Part shown: positions 1 through 14,340 of the stretch, one piece after another
Layout of the letters: each line of letters begins with the position of its first letter
Numbering within the stretch: the stretch's first letter is position 1
Source of the DNA: the human T2T-CHM13v2.0 reference genome, Homo sapiens
NCBI RefSeq assembly: GCF_009914755.1
Contig: NC_060930.1
Direction: 5' to 3' (one strand)
DNA: 64,000 nt
Translations under genes and position numbers: made by a program
Notes under the pieces: generated by a model
What the model was told of the DNA's origin: nothing
The model's input: only the letters and a program-made list of their open reading frames with translations
Database searches by the model: none

Positions 1-2
1 AA

Positions 3-366
<364 letters not shown>

Positions 367-716
367 AAATGCATCCTTTTTACATAACAAACTACCTTCC
401 TGAAATCTCTGTATCTATCCTAATTCTCTAATTTTTGAAAAATTGTAAAGTACGTTTTTTCATCACAGACAATTCTCTTCTTTATTTTCACATTTTGATA
501 TTTAAGATCTAAAGTTACAGTCTTCCTGTTTTAAGGCAATTTCTTTAATTTGCTATTTATTATCCACTTTCCATTGGATCCTTTCAAAAAATCAGTGCTC
601 AATCTTTGATTTCTAAAAAGACACTTCGAGGTCTGATGAAGCCTCCAACCCCTCGACTACAATAGTTCCTACAGAAATTGTTTGTGTCCTTCCCTTTCAT
701 GTTTTTCCCAGCTGTA

Positions 717-1018
717 TTTTTTTTTTTTTTTTTTTTTTGAGATAAAGTCTTTCCCTGTCACCCGGGCTGGAATACAGTGGTGTGATCTTGGCTCACTCCA
801 ACTTCCACCTCCCGGGTTTAGATGATTCTCATGCCTCAGCCTCCTGAGTAGCTGGGATTACAAGCATGTGCCACCACACCTGGCTAATTTTTGTATTTTT
901 ATTAGAGACAGGGTTTCGCCATGGTGGCCAGGCTGGTCTTGAACTCCTGGACTCAAGTGATCCACCCCCCTTGGCTTTCCAAAGTGCTGGATTACAGGAG
1001 TGGGCCATCATGTCCAGC
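717..1018 (-). mobile_element. Alu SINE (AluS/J)
   Basis: T22 tail plus reverse dimeric Alu sequence. Confidence 0.96.
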
Positions 1019-1661
1019 TCTGACTTTAATTCTTACTAACATGCAAATTGCAGTGTACCATATCACCCCATTTTGGAGTATGACACACAAATGCATGTGT
1101 GAGATGCTCTGAAAGGAACCTCCAAACTGAGTACAAAGTAGTCCTTCTCAAAACATGGGCACCCTTGGTTCACAGAGGTCAGAATTTCTCATATCCTTCA
1201 AAGTTGGGGAGCATTTTGGTAGAGTCTGAAAACTGCTCTTTGGTTAGTTGAAAAATGTCTTCCCTGCATATTTTTAATAAACCTCCATCTCTTAACTTAC
1301 AGAGATAAAAATAAAATAGTTTTCCTTCTCTCCTCCTATGTCTTATAGTCTACTTGTCATCCAAATGAAATAAATGCACTTCCTTATTTTCTTAGTAGGC
1401 AAAGAGTAAAAATTTCATACTAGGCTAGTTATTCTGCAAAAAGAGAACATTTAAACAGAGGTTAGTACACAGTGGTAAAATCAGTAAAAGTTTCAGTGCT
1501 TACATTAGAAAAACAAATATTTATATCATTAAACCTAAAATTTGCTTTCTAATACAATGTTTTGTGGTCTGCCTAAATGATGGCAATTGATTTCAGGATG
1601 AATCAAAATGACATGAAGAAGATATTAAAGAAAATTTTTTTTGTTTGTTTCTGTCCTACAG

Positions 1662-1934
1662 TCCCGAAGGCAAAAATGAATTGTACTCTTCTTATACATG
1701 TTGCTGCTTTCAAGATTTCCATTTTACACCATTGATGGGCCTTAGTTTTTGGGTTGTCTACAAAGTCAAGTTTCTCTTATTTGGAAAACCTGAATATAGC
1801 CTTGCAGTACAAAGCACTGGTCATGCTGTCCACTTTCAGAAGATGGCATGGAATTCACAGCAACAAGAAATGTTTTGGAATGCTGGCAAAGGAGCAGAAA
1901 ACAGTGTTCTCCCCACACATTTAGAAAAATAAAG
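1662..1934 (+). other. Candidate exon, 273 nt
   Basis: Strong acceptor ttttttttgtttgtttctgtcctacag and donor AAG|gtacgg; one frame open until TAA at 1930-1932; no recognisable protein. Confidence 0.2.
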
Positions 1935-2036
1935 GTACGGAGGACATGGCGTACTACTTATTAAAGACTTTGAAAAACACCACACCTCAGTAAACATTCC
2001 TCAAGAACTGAGGAAACACTCTGGGCAATGGCTTAC

Positions 2037-2094
2037 CTCAGTTCCCTCAATTCTGGTTTTAGTGAATGGGACAATAGTACAGACACAATGCCAG
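2037..2094 (-). ncRNA. Candidate spliced exon, 58 nt
   Basis: Minus strand ctctcttgcttccacag| ... GAG|gtaagc; splice signals only. Confidence 0.3.
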
Positions 2095-2771
2095 CTGTGG
2101 AAGCAAGAGAGCCAAGGACACACAGGCTCACTCTGTAAACAAGCCTAGCGTCCTGCTTCAGGCACTTTGTGTTGTTTTGTCAACACAAAGAGAGGCGTTT
2201 GGGATTTGCGGAAGACTCTGCTATCTCAACAAGTCTTGGTGCTTTCTTCTGTCCCTGAATTAAACACTTATTTACTTCCTCTTTATTGACCATTGGAGCG
2301 CCTGATTGGGCTTTCTGTTTATCTCCCCATAAGCTGATATAAGCTCAGCTGCCCCTGACACTAGTTTCTTTTCCTCTCTCTTTTTAGTTGAAGATGCTAA
2401 TATTATCACCTTCAGTGACAGTAACAAAATAAAATCAATTATTCAGCTTATGATGGGCTAGCATACTGCCATTCCCTTTTGCTGTCTAAATGTATCTGAT
2501 ATTACCATGGAGAGGAAATGATCTATTAAGAAGGTTCCCAAGTCAGACATCATTCTGGATTAATTCCTATAACAGGAGGTTTGCACTAAACTGGCTTCCC
2601 TTCTTCAGTGTGAGAAGCAAATATTCTTCCTGGAAGCCATTTTACTGAATAACTAACAACCTGTTCAACTACCTCCAGCCCCTTTAAACAGCATTATCTC
2701 CTACTCAACTTTTGCTGGAGTTTTGCAAAAAGCTAGTGAGAGATCCATTCTGTCCTCAGGTTTTTCCAGAG

Positions 2772-3025
2772 CAGTGGTTCCCAAATGTTGCTCCACTGAC
2801 CAGCTGCACCAGAAATATCTGGGAAGCTACAAAGAAGATTGATTCTAGGCCCTCATTCTGAAGAATCTCATTTAGTGTGTCTGGGTGGAGACCAGACATC
2901 AATGTTTTAATTCTTAGGTCATGCTAACTCATTGTAGGCTATTTAGGTTGGTGAAAAAAAAAAAAAAAAAAAAAGCAAAACCAGCAATTACTTTTGCAGC
3001 AACCTATTATCAACTAAAGACCACT
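2772..3025. mobile_element. MER5-type hAT-Charlie MITE, interrupted by MADE1
   Basis: cagtggttcccaaa... terminus and MER5-like internal motifs; resumes ...aagaccact after the MADE1. Confidence 0.65.
2943..3007. mobile_element. MADE1 (Hsmar1-derived MITE), left interior replaced by A21
   Basis: ttaggttggtg...gcaattacttttgcagcaaccta termini with flanking TA. Confidence 0.85.
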
Positions 3026-3377
3026 TCTGATTGTGTACCTCCCCGCCCCTCATTTCTAATTTCCCTTTTTATGAGTCATCTACGTGTCTCAGCATCCTTT
3101 CTCTGTCTCATCACTTGGATTGAGAACATCTTTCAGATTTGCCCCCAGCTTCAACTTCTAACATCCTTCCAGGACATGACTTGTGATCATGGCTATTTTG
3201 GTTTTATCCTTTCAACTCTTCCAGTCCTTGGTTGGCCCCCTCCTGCCAGAGAAGAGACATCAGACACAAGTAACTAGCAGGCAAGGTATTTGAAGCATGC
3301 ACCAGTGCAATTGCTTGATTTGCTGTGCTCACAAGAAGCCTTTATGCAAAGGCCTCATGAAAATTACTTATAAGTGA

Positions 3378-3711
<334 letters not shown>

Positions 3712-4484
3712 TAAAAAGAAGGCCTCAACTGTCAACTTTGGGCTTCAAAAAGTGCATTGTCCCTGTATCTTGCCCTAGCTTAGTTGCACTGTCTTCTAGG
3801 GTGGGTATATGAGAAGGATATAGGCTGGTGGCAACTAGGCAGCTGTCACACTCTGAAGGACAAGCACAAGGAGGCAAAGCAAGGAAATTATCTGTGGTTA
3901 TGTGAAGCATAGTTCCAAAAGATTCTGCCACGCTGCGGACTGCCGAAAAGCAAGAACAGCACATAGACTAATCTTATGAGTAACAATTCGTGCTGGGCAC
4001 GCTTAGTTAGAGGCAAGTTACAAGTCTCCCTCAAAGGAGAAAGCAAGCAAACAAGAAGAAAAGCATTCGTTTAGAAAAAGAATAAAAATCAATCAAACCA
4101 GGCTGCAATATACACTTCTTTGGAATTTCAGGCTGTAGTCTTATAGCAAAATGTTTAGAGTATATTGGCAACTTTGCCCATATTATACAGCTGATTCTGA
4201 AGATGAAAGTTCAGCTAGAAAACAAAATTGTTTGGGTACACACTAACATGTTTTCAGTGTTTTGAAACAGATTGCAAATAATTAGAAAAAAATCCTAATT
4301 GTAAAAGTTTGAGTTTATTCTATGTATAGATATTTTTCAAAGGTTCTTTACAACTCAGAATTTCCTTCAGAAAAATGGAGTTGGGCTGATACTCTGCCAT
4401 TGTGAGTGGGAGTGCATTCTATTAAAGTCCACCTGGTCAAGTGTCAGTGGATGACCTTGAACAGGCATGATAGATATAACATGG

Positions 4485-5568
4485 TATCGGGGGAACCAGC
4501 CTCCAATATTTCAGCGTAGTTTCTTTTCTATTTTCCCTAAGTGTCAGCCGGTCTGACAAATAAAGAGAAAGAGTACAAAAGAGAGAAATTTTACAGCTGG
4601 GCCTCTGGGGGTGACATCACATATCAGCAGATTCCATGATGCCCCTTGAGCCACAAAACCAGCAAGTTTTTATTAGGGATTTCAAAAGAGGAGGGAGTGT
4701 ATGCATAGGGAATAGGTCACAGAGATCACATGCTTCAAAGGCAATAAAATATCACAAGGGCAGAAGGGCAGAGCAAGATCACAAGGCCAGGGCAAAATTA
4801 GAATTACTGTTGAGGTTCCATGTCCCGCTGGGCATGAATTGTCATTGATAAACATCTTAACAGGAAACAGGGTTCGAGAGCTGACAACTGGTCTGACTAG
4901 AATTCGCCAGGCTGGAATTTCCTAATCCTAGCAAGCCTGAGGGTGCTGCAGGAGACCAGGGCATATTTCCTCCCTTATCTTCAACTGCATAAGACAGAAA
5001 CTTCTAGAGCGGCCATTTTAGAGACCTCCCCCTGGAAATGCATTCTTTTCCCAGGGCTATTCCTTGCTGAGAAAATAATTCAGCAATATTTCTCCTATTC
5101 GCTTTCTGTAAGAAGAGAAATATGACTCTGTTCTGCCCGGCCCTGCAGGCAGTCAGACCTTATGGTCATCTCCCTTGTTCCCTGAAAATCGTTGTTATTC
5201 TGTTCTTTTGAAGGTGCCCAGATTTCATATTGTTCAAACACACATGCTTTACAAACAATTTGTACAGATAACACAATCATCACCGGGTCCTGAGGCGACA
5301 TACATCCTCAGTTTATGAAGATGACAGGATTAAGAGATTAAAGTAAAGACAGGCATAGGAAATTATAAAAGTATTGATTGGAGAAGTGATAAATGTCCAT
5401 GAAATCTTCACAATTTATGTTCAGAGATTGCTGTAAAGACAGGCGTAAGTAATTATAAAAGTATTAACTTTAGGAACTAATAAATGTCCATGAAATCTTC
5501 ACAATTTAGGTTCTTCTGCCATGGCTTCAGCCGATCCCTCTGTTTGGGGTCCCTGACTTCCCGCAACA
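4485..5568 (-). mobile_element. MER11 solo LTR (HERV-K11/HML-8 family; B/C-like)
   Basis: Minus strand begins TGTTGCGGGAAGTCAGGGACCCC and ends GGTTCCCCCGATA; perfect 6-bp TSD ACATGG at 4479-4484 and 5569-5574; internal 90-bp-period duplication 5343-5513. Confidence 0.95.
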
Positions 5569-5588
5569 ACATGGGCCTGGAAGGATTC

Positions 5589-5898
<310 letters not shown>

Positions 5899-6126
5899 TA
5901 GAAGGATTCTTTTAAGCAGGTCAGTTGCTCTGCCTTTACTTTCTGCCAACTTTTTTCTCAGTTCTAAATGATGAGAAAAAAGTGATGTTATATCCTTTTC
6001 CAACTCTCTTACAAGGTATATTCCATAATTGTGTTTTAATGTGATATTTATTGGCATACAGAAGGGTACATAAACCATAAATATGTAGCCTAATAAAGGT
6101 CTAATATTTATGAACCCTTACTCTTA

Positions 6127-6241
6127 TAGTAGAGACAAAGTTTTACTGTATTGCCAAGGCTGATCTCGAACTCCTGGGCTCAAGCAATCCTCCCATTCCA
6201 GCCTTCCAAAGTGCTGGGATTACAGGTATGAGCCACCACAC
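6127..6241 (-). mobile_element. FLAM/AluJ left monomer
   Basis: Single reverse left arm (ctcctgggctcaagcaatcctccc...gagccaccac). Confidence 0.88.
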
Positions 6242-7302
6242 ATGAGTCAACAAGGTGAAAAAAACCTCTTGTAATCACCACCCAATCAAGAGAATATTAC
6301 CAGCATCCTAAAATTCCCTACTGTGTCCCATTACAAACACTACTCAAGCTGCCTTTTAATGCCACAGATAGTATTGCCTGACTCTGAACTGTGTATACAA
6401 GGAATTATATGGTAATTCCACATCTGACTTCTTCCACTTAGTATTATGTTTGATTCAGCAATGCTGTTGGTACTAACAGTTAGTACATATTTTAAAGTAA
6501 AAAGTAGTCTTGGATGTGTAATATGCAAGTATGTCTGTCAAAAAAGACTAAGATGCTGTTAAGAACAAACAATAGTAAGAAATATTGTCAGTACTTTACT
6601 TATACCCAATATGATTCACTTATGTACTTTACTTGCCTGGCTGTTTTAGGTGTTTTTTAACCTTTATGTTGAAGTAAAATATACAGAAAAGGATGTATAT
6701 GTATACAGCTTGATTAATTTTCTCAACTGAATATACCTGCATAACCACTACTCAGATAAAAAGCTGAATATTATCAGCACCCATAAAACTTCCTTTTTGG
6801 TCATCTTCCAGTACCTACTTACCCCCAAGGATAATACTATCTTGAATACAACATAAATTAGTTTTGCCTGCTTTTAATTTTGTGAAATGATATCATGTGG
6901 AATATACTCTTTTTTTTTTTGCCCGGCTTCATATTTGTAAAACTATTCCTGTTTTTTTTGCATGTGGTTACAGAATATTCATTATTATTACTGTGTGGTA
7001 TTTCATTATATGAATATACTATTATTTATTTAGTCATTCTATTGTTAGAATAGGTGGTAGAATGGGAATTGGGAAATTTCCAGTCTGGGGCCATTACAAA
7101 TAATGATGCTCTAAAGGTTTATTTTGGTGCAGATATATATGCATTTCTGTTGAGAAAACTAGAAACTAGGAATCTACCTAGTAGTGAAATTGTTAATTCA
7201 CAGTGTACATTTACGTCCAGTTTGGTGATTACCAGAGTCTCCAAGCTGGTTGTATCAATTTATGCTTCTACCATCAGTGTTTGAGAGCATTCTAGTGGCT
7301 CT

Positions 7303-7446
7303 ATAACCTTGTCTGCATCTGGTATTATAATCTTGTCTACATTTGGTATTATAACCTTGTCTACATTTGGTATTATAACCTTGTCTACATTTGGTATTAT
7401 AACCTTGTCTACATTTGGTATTATAACCTTGTCTACATTTGGTATT
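7303..7446. repeat. Minisatellite, 6 x 24 bp ATAACCTTGTCTACATTTGGTATT
   Basis: Six head-to-tail copies; copies 3-6 identical, copy 2 one mismatch, copy 1 two mismatches. Confidence 0.98.
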
Positions 7447-8517
7447 TAAGTTTGCATAATATGGGGGCAGTCTAATGCTATCTCACTGTAGTTTTACTTT
7501 GCATTTCCCTGGTTACTAATGAGGTAATCAAATATTCATACGTTTCTTAAATATTCATTTTTGTAATGTGCCTATTCAACTAAAAATTTGAACACACTAC
7601 CTTTTCTCTGACTTGTAAGAGTTGTTTATATATTCCAGATATAAGATCTTGTGGGATAGATAGATATTGATATAGATGCAGATATGCAGGTATGTATACC
7701 TTTGTGCTCTCTTAATAATCTGTGTTTAGAATTTTCATGTAATTCAGTTCATCAATTGTTTCCTTTAAGGCTAGTGCTTTGTAGATCCTATTTAAGAAAT
7801 CTTTGCCTGTCCCCAAATCATGAAGATATTTTCATACGTTTTCTTCTATAAGCTTTAATGTTTTACCTTTCACATTGATCTCTGCAATATACCTAGAATT
7901 GATTTTTGTGTACGATGTAATGTAGGAGTCGTTTCTTTTTTTCCCCCCCTGTATGCATATCCAGATGTCCCAGTATCACTTACTGAGAGACAGTATATTC
8001 CCCTCTGCTGTACAGTGCCACCTTTATCAAAGCCATAGTGTCCATATGTGTGTGAGTTTATTTCTGCAGACTGTAGCGTGTTCATTGGTCTATTTGTCTA
8101 TTATTACACTTTGCTTTTACTACTATTGCTTTAAAATATGTCTTCATATCTGGTAAAGTAAGTCCTCCAACTGTATTCCTCTTATTCAGGAATATTCTGG
8201 CTATTCTTGGCTCTTTACATTTCTATATAAGTGCGAGTATCAATATTTGGATCCTCTGTGGGTCTATTTCTATTTTCTGAGTTTTTTTTTAATTGGTTTA
8301 CTGTCAAAATTATTCAATGGCTTACCATGGCCCAGAGGATAAAGTCTAGGTTTCTTATCGTAGCATAAAAGCTTTTTTGCATTTCCATGATTACTAACGA
8401 GGCAATCAAATAGTCATATGTTTCTTGGATATTTAGATAATCACTTTTGTAATGTGCCCATTTGAATCTTTTGAAAAATGGACTTTTTTTTTTTTACCTT
8501 TTCTGATTTACAACTCC

Positions 8518-8791
<274 letters not shown>

Positions 8792-10218
8792 ACTAATTTT
8801 TGCATCCAAAATGATTGAATGATGGTCCCTAATAATTAATAACATGTAAGACTTTGTGGTGCTAAAAGCTTCTGACTTTCTAAAGAAGTTTGGGCTGAGT
8901 CCAAGTAGAGACTTCTCACTTGGAGACACTTAGCAACTTCCCTTTCCGGCCTTCAGGATTTCTTGTCAGCCTTCCTTCTTAGATCCACATAGGCCAGTCT
9001 AAGTCCAGCTGCCCCTCACAAGAAGCCTGGGCTGTTAAGTCCAAATTTAGGCTCCTCATTTGGAGAGAGTTAGAGCTCCACCGCCTCAAACAGTATATTT
9101 CTTTAGGAGATTGCCAAGCAGGAAAAATGCTTCAAGCAATATCTAATTACTAATGGAAATGAAATGAATGACTTAGCTTCCCACTCTTTACTGCATTCAA
9201 GTGATACCCAACATGTTTAAGTGCTGCTCTGAAAGCTCTTTTATACAAATTATTTATATAATCTTTCATCAGCCTTAGTGGACTGGATCCAAATCCTGCA
9301 TAGGTAATAACAAACTGTTGCCGATCACTTTGACATCAATGAGATATAATGTCATCTTTTCTCTGCGGTTACATGTGCATAAGTGTTATTTCACTTACAT
9401 GTATACACTGGGGGAGAAATCAAGTAGGAATAGATCGTGCCACCAGCTAGAAGTGGTTGTTTCTTGTAGCTGAGCTGGATTCTCCCAAAGAAGTGTTTCA
9501 CTAAAGTGTTTGCTTCAGAATGGCTCTGTTCTGCTGCAGTGAGAAGAGACTTCCAGTGAAAACATTTAATTAGCTCCCAATTTAGACGGCCAGAATGATC
9601 AGTCAGCCTGTGTTTTGGAACCTGCATTTGTACATTCCTTGGGATTGGTTAGTGAGTTTTCCCAGCGGATGTGGTCAAATGTGAATAGTTTGTATGTAAT
9701 TCACATCAGAGAATAGGTTTTTCTCCAGCTCCTTGTAGGACAGCGAGAAAGGGATTAGGAAAAAGTGAGCAATATAGCGGTAATACTTCTCTGTCTTTTC
9801 CGCAACCAATAATAAAGGTATCTAGTCTCAGAAGTCACAGAGACTAGGAAGAATATATGGAAAGTGAGTGAGCAAGAGTCAAATTGAAGATAGTTTGACT
9901 GTTTTCACTCCCTTTCAGGGTAATCATGATTTGGGTAGTGGCTTTAGACACACTGAATATTAAGTAAATTTTTTTAGCTAATACAAATAAATTGCTATGC
10001 TAGAGTTTGTGTGTGTGTGAATGTGTGTGTTGTATGTCTGTGAAAAATTCCACTCTTCAGTCAAACTAACCTCCCTCTTTATTTCTGTCACATAAATTTA
10101 GCATCCTTTATCTGTTTGGTTCATGATGGGAATCTTTTAATCAAATTCTAGACAGTAGTTATAAATTAGCCTAATGAGTTTATAATACTTCGCTAAGAGA
10201 ATATCTTCAGCTGTTCTA

Positions 10219-10298
10219 TTAGGTTAGTGTAAAAGTAATTGCAGTTTTTACCATTACTTTTAATGGCATAACCTGCAATTACTTTTACACCAATCTAA
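10219..10298. mobile_element. MADE1 MITE, full length 80 bp
   Basis: ttaggttagtgtaaaagtaattgcag...ctgcaattacttttacaccaatctaa, near-palindromic, TA duplication at 10217-10218 and 10299-10300. Confidence 0.95.
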
Positions 10299-13200
10299 TA
10301 CATTCCTTCTGGTGAAAGGGGCCTTAGGAAGCCGAGTGCCTTTGGATCCTTCCCAGCCTAGTTCTTTCTCCTTCACACAACTTCAAATTTGTCTGTCATT
10401 TTTCTAATCCTAGCATTTTATGTTCTAAAAATAGCAAATAGCTTATGGATCCCTGCATTGTCTATGACATTTCACATTACTGTGCTTTTGACCATGAACT
10501 TTTCTTGCCCGTCTCTATCGGGGCGAAGGGCCTCTCCTCTGAGTTCCCTTCTACGGTCATGATTAACACAATGCCTGGCAAAGGAGGTTCTCAACACATT
10601 TGTGTGAATGAATACATAATATCAGCAACATATATTGAATTATCTTCCTTGTGTCTCTGTTTACTAGAATTTGCACATCTTGAGATCAAGGACTCTGTTC
10701 TATTCGTGGTATTCATATTTGTATTCCCAGAGTTCAGCTGGAAGCCTGGATAGAATATGGAGGGTGCTTAAAAATGATATGATTACAGAACAGATGGGAA
10801 ACATTTTAATACCTTCGAAACAACTAGAACTAGGCTTCATTCTGGGGGCAATACCACTTCTTTGAAATATTTCCTCATGTCAGAATTTCCCAAGACACCG
10901 AAGCCAAGAGCTGACAGATGAAGATGTGTCACTGTGGAATGTGACTAGTACACAATTTTCTCATGTCCTCTTGCCTCAGGTGATGCAGCTGGTGAGAGGG
11001 AAAGAGTAGGCGATTTACAAAGGATATTTGCCAGTAAATACAACAGTCTCTCAGAGCTTCAGGAGATGAATTGACATAATCTGATAAAGCATAAGAGTGT
11101 GAAGGTTTTCATTAAGAATAATTTGTAGAAGAAAGTTTTGCTAATGTCAAAGATTTGTGGGGAAGAATCGGAACAGAAACAGAAAGTAAACCAAGGCTAC
11201 TGTCAGTGAACCATTTGTATCGTAATAGTCCATCAATTGAAATCTTGTGTTTCCTTTTCAAATTTCATTCTTTTTGATGCATACAAGTGAGTTAAAGCAA
11301 GGAAGGAAAGAAACATACACGTGGGCAACATGGCTAATTAATACATAATTGCTTTGATTCATATGCCCCATTCATGCAGAGCGTATTTTTGTAAAATAAA
11401 CTTCGTGAGCTTTGGAATTGGCAATGAACTCTTGAGTTGAGTGTAAAAGATAACATTCTTGGAAAACTTTTTGAGACATTCTAGTCTGTGTTTCAAAAAT
11501 GAATATGAATAACAATGAGAAGGCTTTATTTAGAGGAACCTCATATCTGTGAAAGTCTATATTTTTTAAATGGCCTGGATATTTGTTTCTTTGTTCTTTA
11601 TCATTTAGCAAAACAGAAAGAATTTTATTTCTTTGGATTCTAAAATGTAATACCCTACTTGTTGTCAGATGCCCAAATGAGCACTGGAACCTGGGTCTCC
11701 ACAGAAAATAAGCGGGGAGGACTATTAAAGCCAAAAACAAAGTAGTCTGCAGCAAAACAAAAGACAAGTACTTCTGAAGAATAAGCCCTCTGAGAAAACC
11801 AAGAGCTAAGTGAGGACATTGCTGTGGTGGTGTGGGTGCATAATAGGAGATGATGGAATAAATGATCTCATCAGGTTTCTGATACCTTGGTTTTCTGGGT
11901 TATTGTAATAGGTTATCATTATTCTGAAGCAAGCAATCTTCGTTTTTTCTTACTTGCATGGGAAACACAATTACTCATAAGCTGAGAATATCTGCAGAAG
12001 CTTGAAAGTAGATGTATCAACTACTTAGGACTACTTGATATGCTTAGCAGAAAGTTATTGCAAGTTTTGGCTAGTCTATTAATGCACACAATTACAACAC
12101 AAATCCCAGGTTTTGATTTGTGCTTCAGTAAATTCACACTCATATCATACCTTTAATATGCATGAGTTTAAAAACAAGACAGCCAGATAGAATATAAATT
12201 GACCTGATCATCAGTAAACTTTAATTATTTTCTTAGGTTTATTGCAGATTCCCTGAAAACATTCTAATTAGTGTCTAAATACAGAAAATTGAACTGGTGA
12301 TAGCATATTGGCCATCAGTTTGAAAGAAGGTATCATTTCTGAAATTTTCTCTAAGAAAATTTGTGTATGCAATATAAATAGAGTAAAAATAAAAAGACCA
12401 CCTTTACTCATTTAGGTAACTTAAAAATGGCACATTTAAAAATTTACTCCAGGCAGGCCTAATCTAATGACGTAGAAGTCTACATAGTATCACTGACTTT
12501 AGAGAGTATACTTTGTCTTGGTGCTCTGAGATCTTACCCTCTTGCAAAGTTGCCTCCATTTCTCTTTTCTCTTTTCCTCACTCCATTCTTGGTCCTGTAA
12601 CGTTGGAAAGAAAACTGTCTTGTATTAATTCATACATAGCTTTTACTCTCTTACCTTCCAGGGGCATTGGCAAAATCAAAATTGTTTTCCCTGCATGGGA
12701 GATGAAGTCTTCTCCCCATGTAAACAGAAGTGAGAGCTCTGGCACATCCTTTGACTTCCCTGAAAGGATGGATGCTTGTTTATATAACTGTGGTCTCTGT
12801 GCCTGGAAATGGTGGCATTATTCATGCCTTTCTTTACAGAAGGCAGTGGTACCAACATTATGGGAGAATTAGGCATTTTCTCCTGACTTTGCATAATTGC
12901 GATGCCCATAAAGTCACCAAAGTGTCTTTCATGCTGTAGGCGTTCCAGGAGTATTTGCTGAACTTAAGAGTGGATTTATTTGTTTCTTCATCAGTCTCTA
13001 TTCCATTCATTTCTATCCAGCTGCAGACACCATTAGACAAGGTCCATCTTTTCTCCAGTCGGCCTGTATTCAGTGTGTCTGAAGAGAGTTATCTGCTCAA
13101 GATTCACCCTCAGCTTTGCACGGGTATTTTGATTATAGCTCTATTCTCAACGTGCCCACCTATACTCTAGGTGTGGTCCTACCCTGAATGCCAGCCTGCT

Positions 13201-13749
13201 TTGCTATGACCCTGATGCCTCCACCTATCTTTTCAATACACACTGGTATTGCATGCAGTCCTTCTCCAAATTGATCGGACACCCAGGACAAGAATGTTGT
13301 CCCCATTTGCTCCTGTGTACTCTTCTGCTGTTCTAGTCACCTAGGAGGTCAGGAGTCCTGCAGTATTGACATCTGTCTGAATGCTGCCTAGGTTTGGACA
13401 CACATTTGTTCTGGTTTCTTTACCCCTGCTGGGGCCAGCCCTAAAGATAGACTGGTTTCCTTTAGCTTAAACCCACTGCTTTCAATTTATTTACTTCCAC
13501 ACTGGTCTGCTTGCATGAGTTAAGAACATATAAGTCATCTTTTTATTTCATCCTCATATCATCATCATCATCATCTTTGTCAACTTTACAGATAGTTGTA
13601 AGAAAAGCCCTCAGCAAATGTCAGCTATTTTTTTTTTCCTGGACTTCTAAATGACCAAATGTATTTTTAAAACTCTAATAAACTCCTTAGTATCACTGCT
13701 CAATAGGTGGCATTAATCCCATATTTTTCTACTCCACTTTCTGTTATTG

Positions 13750-14340
13750 TATATCACAGGTTTTTGTTTGGAAAGATCATCCTGATTTGAGTGTAGAGGT
13801 AGAAGAAAGACAAGATTAGGGGCAGTGAGGCCAGTTACGAGGCTCTTTAAGGATTCTAGGTAAGAGATGGTAGTGACCCAAAACAGGAAAAAACACAGTG
13901 GTATTATACAGAAGTAGAAAGGCTTAAGCAGTAAGATTTTAAAAATACTGTATTGATTGGATGTGTGAGGAGAAACAGAAGTGACATTTTTCTCTGTGGC
14001 TTGGACTACTGTTGGGCTAATTAAATGATTCCATTACAAATAGGAGAAATGGAGAGGATTAGGCTCTTGGGTTCAGGGACAAGATGTCTGTGGGATATTC
14101 AAGAGCAGTTAGATAATTGGAGATATGTACTTTGTGCTCTCAATACAGGACTGGACTGGAAATATATTGGAAGCCATCAGCATATAGATCATAATGGAAA
14201 CGTGGAAAGATAAGATCATCTAGAGAGACTATATAATGAAAGAGCTAAGAGAGCCTAGAACTGAGCATGGTAGAACACCAAATTTAACAGATGTTCAGAA
14301 AGATTAGAGCCTCAGGGAGACTGAGATTAGCATGGTCAAC
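13750..14340 (-). mobile_element. L2 LINE fragment
   Basis: Diverged L2 antisense motifs (gaaagatcatcctg..., gccagttacgaggct, agagatggtagtgacc). Confidence 0.65.

Larger units (their letters stand above)
6030..8235 (-). mobile_element. Ancient L1M (L1ME-like) 3' fragments
   Basis: Diverged reverse L1 3'UTR/ORF2 motifs (ttgcatttccctggttactaatgag, tatccagatgtcccagtatcacttactg, ggctattcttggctctttacatttctatata); apparently two 3' ends (about 6030-6530 and 6660-8235). Confidence 0.8.

Noticed and set aside
5343-5513. 90-bp-period duplication as a novel repeat
   Set aside because: Part of the normal MER11 LTR structure
7303-7446. 24-bp repeats as a CRISPR array
   Set aside because: Head-to-tail with no spacers, eukaryotic context, derived from L1
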